From the IMG/VR virus record IMGVR_UViG_3300004691_000003, positions 1 through 25,426 of that record: a stretch of 25,426 bases of DNA. One strand, 5' to 3'. A model generated the notes under the pieces. That model ran no database searches. It saw nothing but the letters and a program-made list of their open reading frames with translations, and had not been told where the DNA came from. Position 1 is the first letter of the stretch. Each line of letters starts with the position of its first letter. Positions 23,801-25,426 of this stretch are shown here, in pieces. Position numbers and translations under genes: made by a program. Source of the DNA: a virus. Taxonomy: Duplodnaviria > Caudoviricetes.

Positions 23801-25426
23801 TTTTCAATCTTCTGATCAGGAGTTAGTTCTTCTTTTGGAGATTTCTTAACCCTAGAAGCAGATTTCTTTACAGCCTCATCTGCTTTTCTCTCGCCCTTCT
23901 TGGATTGTTTTTCTTTTGCCTTATCCTCCGCATCAAGAGTATTCTTAATGTTTTTATAGTCTTCCTCTATTTGGATTTCTTCTTTTTCAGTCAATCCCTT
24001 GCCTCCTCTTGCGGCTCTAGCCTTTGATTTCATTGCCGCCAAAGAAAAGTCAGACCTAAACAAAGCCTTGGAGAAGTTAAGACCCCTTGCCGTCTCGGAC
24101 TTTGCTCCGACAATGATCCTATCCAAGTCATCGTGATTCTCTTGAAAGACACGATTCTCTTGCATCTTTGCCGCAAGTTCCGTTTCAGAAAGTTTTCCGC
24201 TATTGATAAGCTCATTGTTCTTATCAATTTGATTCCTTGTCTCAATCATGTTTTGAGCAAGGGCGGCAAGCTCCACATCATTAACAGACTTATTACTGTC
24301 TTTAAGAGACCTTAAAAGCTCGCTGGCATATTGAGGGTTTTCTTGAATCCTATTTGCCGCTTCATCGTGAGCCGCTCCCCATGTCCTCCTGAGAGTGCTA
24401 GTTATGGGAGGTAGTCCCATTGCTTCCCTTTGCTTGTCAATCCTCTCGTTGCTGATTCCAATAATAGAATCCTCTTTAGTAGGAGGCTCCATGCCAATTC
24501 TCTCGACAGCCCTTACAATGGGAATGGATGGGTCTTTGGAATGTATCTCAAACGCATCATGGGCTTTGTCGTAGATGTTCTTTAGTTCAGCTTCTCCTTC
24601 TGGGCCATCAAAAGTTCCCTCGTCAAATCCAGCGGTGTATTCCTGCTTAAACTTTTCAAAGTCATTTGCGTCATTACGATCAAACGGAGTTGGAGAATCT
24701 CTCAACAACTTAGCCGCTTCAATCACTCTTTTCTTGTCAAACTCTGTTTTAGCCGCCGCTCCACCAAGCTCCCTTGGCTTTGCTTCTTCTTGCTTTGGCT
24801 CATTCTCAATATCCAAGGCAAGATCAGTAGAGTGCATCACAGGCTGTCCTGAGAAGTTTCCCCAGTATTGTCCGTTTTCCCTTGCGATCTTTTCTGCGTC
24901 TTCCCTGGATATGAACTCGCCCTTATCAGTTACAAAACCATAGTCTCCGGTATTCCTTTCACTTGCGTTCTTGGTTACTTCCTCTTCTGGCTTTGCCTTT
25001 CCTTCAGCGGTCTCGTGATCTACGCCAATATGAACAATCCCAGTATTGGGATCACGATATGCCGCCGCATAAATCCTATTGCCTTCTATTTTTTCTTGGC
25101 CTTCCGCTGTTGGTTCAAAGCTATGGCTATAGCCTGCTTCTGTGGCTTGCCATGCTTCATTTCCTTTCGGATATTCTCCGATACCGTCTTCTTTGATTTC
25201 CCCTGTTTTAGTGGCATTTTCTTTTTCTATGGTTGTGTCAGGTTTGATCTGACTGGCTACATCTGCTGTTTCTGGAAGTCCAGCATCAGCTATTTCTTTT
25301 TTACCCGCCTCATTCTTTGCCTTTTGCTCTTCAACTTTTCCTCCAAGCACAAGGCCCATCAATCCAGATTCTAGTGCTGATTCTTTAGTAATTGGCTTTG
25401 GAGCTTCATCAGTAATTCCAGCGGCT
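20833..25426 (-). CDS. Giant internal virion / DNA-ejection-type (polyvalent-like) protein, >1530 aa, 5' end outside the window
   Basis: The frame stays open from 25362 to the window edge ([24 protein letters not shown]...), so the track start is not the real start. Long K/E-rich coiled coils; helical C-terminal region with a hydrophobic segment [21 protein letters not shown]. Confidence 0.7.
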   Translation of the reverse strand, partial: AAGITDEAPKPITKESALESGLMGLVLGGKVEEQKAKNEAGKKEIADAGLPETADVASQIKPDTTIEKENATKTGEIKEDGIGEYPKGNEAWQATEAGYSHSFEPTAEGQEKIEGNRIYAAAYRDPNTGIVHIGVDHETAEGKAKPEEEVTKNASERNTGDYGFVTDKGEFISREDAEKIARENGQYWGNFSGQPVMHSTDLALDIENEPKQEEAKPRELGGAAAKTEFDKKRVIEAAKLLRDSPTPFDRNDANDFEKFKQEYTAGFDEGTFDGPEGEAELKNIYDKAHDAFEIHSKDPSIPIVRAVERIGMEPPTKEDSIIGISNERIDKQREAMGLPPITSTLRRTWGAAHDEAANRIQENPQYASELLRSLKDSNKSVNDVELAALAQNMIETRNQIDKNNELINSGKLSETELAAKMQENRVFQENHDDLDRIIVGAKSETARGLNFSKALFRSDFSLAAMKSKARAARGGKGLTEKEEIQIEEDYKNIKNTLDAEDKAKEKQSKKGERKADEAVKKSASRVKKSPKEELTPDQKIEKYKAVVASKKEDTEHLGSHILKLLDAVVQKQLASGKTEKTIDRKGSVNEVHEIVKSVMGDNWSFKDTQDAISRIGKYRQLSEKANRKIVSEIKGYLLQTGKIRFATGSATGTPRVAPRSASRREMNAQTRRAAEQYRVLVKKFNLVTKDPESQLKGNLDGVRTRIKNRIEDLKQAIVTGVRKSGASRETEYPEDIKQMQRDLQSLETQYEIIYGKKQKQEPTYEQKVAASERAYENLIAKKEQELRDLQRGILPESEKGEKITSEKIERHKAELETLRSEINAIKEADSIRQEEQKQIKYSKRIDFLKRVLAGEKPTKKDIAEYGPESATISALKDEIADLEKQRDALKPKKTEDEKLLNSLKNKLESREKRLAEIQNEKKSASRQKQLVLNKEQQEVQNEIDSVNKQIKEYQEAAKPLPKTAEEKKISSLERQIKNKQKQLQEKTIKGKSKPIDWNNPDITRLSEELKAISEQMKSEDWYMAARAKMAVDAYTNRKLKQRDEYLRRIDEKDFAPKTRTPYEPEDQEAQKAAAEAARAKLEWEARLREDQWKNASTPERVARTITAWKRAAVLSYLKTLVKLASATAEVAVYKPLDVAVGTVIGKLPVLNIIAEKSAIEGRAGRKDIDAYVKGFLKGAREFKNVAQGKPSEIEALFDKPSYIPAGILGFPGNIHAAVKNPTFRANYELGLRRYFEFASDHGLDIEDPSVQRQAELAAYKYAQRSIFKQDNAIVKSYNAINSFLKKSKDPSVRSVGYIADEFLPIVKVPTNFFLQALEYQFGTITGSAKIIKAARNGLEKITPEEADVIMRQMKNGSVGLFLMALGWAMPEVFGGFYVKGQQKDDDKPKNDAMKVAGQDIEKTFLDHPAFLALRIGATVRDYWDDNADETMETGEKLETLRKGIAAAELGLINELPFTHFEKDFGKYTDFSRMDVNAGEIAKSNIPGFVQEFAQYLDRDEDGNVIKRSPDGFVETIKMGLPAFRQQVQEK

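Noticed and set aside
25300-25362. ORF-track start of the 1509-aa protein
   Set aside because: The frame is open to the window edge, so the real start lies outside the window.

Overview
The window is a fragment of a tailed dsDNA bacteriophage genome, probably podovirus-like and infecting a Gram-negative host; the host evidence is a lipobox-bearing spanin candidate and a GH108 endolysin. Every credible gene is on the minus strand, densely packed and mostly coupled through ATGA/GTGA/TAATG overlaps. In transcription order (high to low coordinate) it holds: a >1500-aa virion/ejection-type protein truncated by the window edge; a 922-aa protein with a 59-aa tandem repeat; an AT-rich two-gene cassette; a PD-(D/E)XK endonuclease overlapped by a probable hidden small gene; a structured leader, major capsid protein and strong terminator; a long run of adaptor/fibre genes; a lysis module (two membrane proteins, a unimolecular-spanin-like lipoprotein, a GH108 lysin); a regulatory gap with a perfect palindrome; an ERF recombinase, a metallophosphoesterase and small genes; a Cys-rich protein; the portal; and a DUF3310 gene truncated at the left edge. 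I saw no tRNA, rRNA, CRISPR array, integrase, terminase or reverse transcriptase. The best leads are (1) a possible head-to-tail daisy chain of fibre proteins joined by terminal docking peptides, (2) twin covarying hairpins in the capsid mRNA leader, (3) a two-block promoter-like motif present twice, one copy pointing antisense into the lysin gene beside a palindromic operator, and (4) an atypical coiled-coil, two-TM unimolecular spanin. All family calls come from motif recognition by eye; no searches or folding programs were run.
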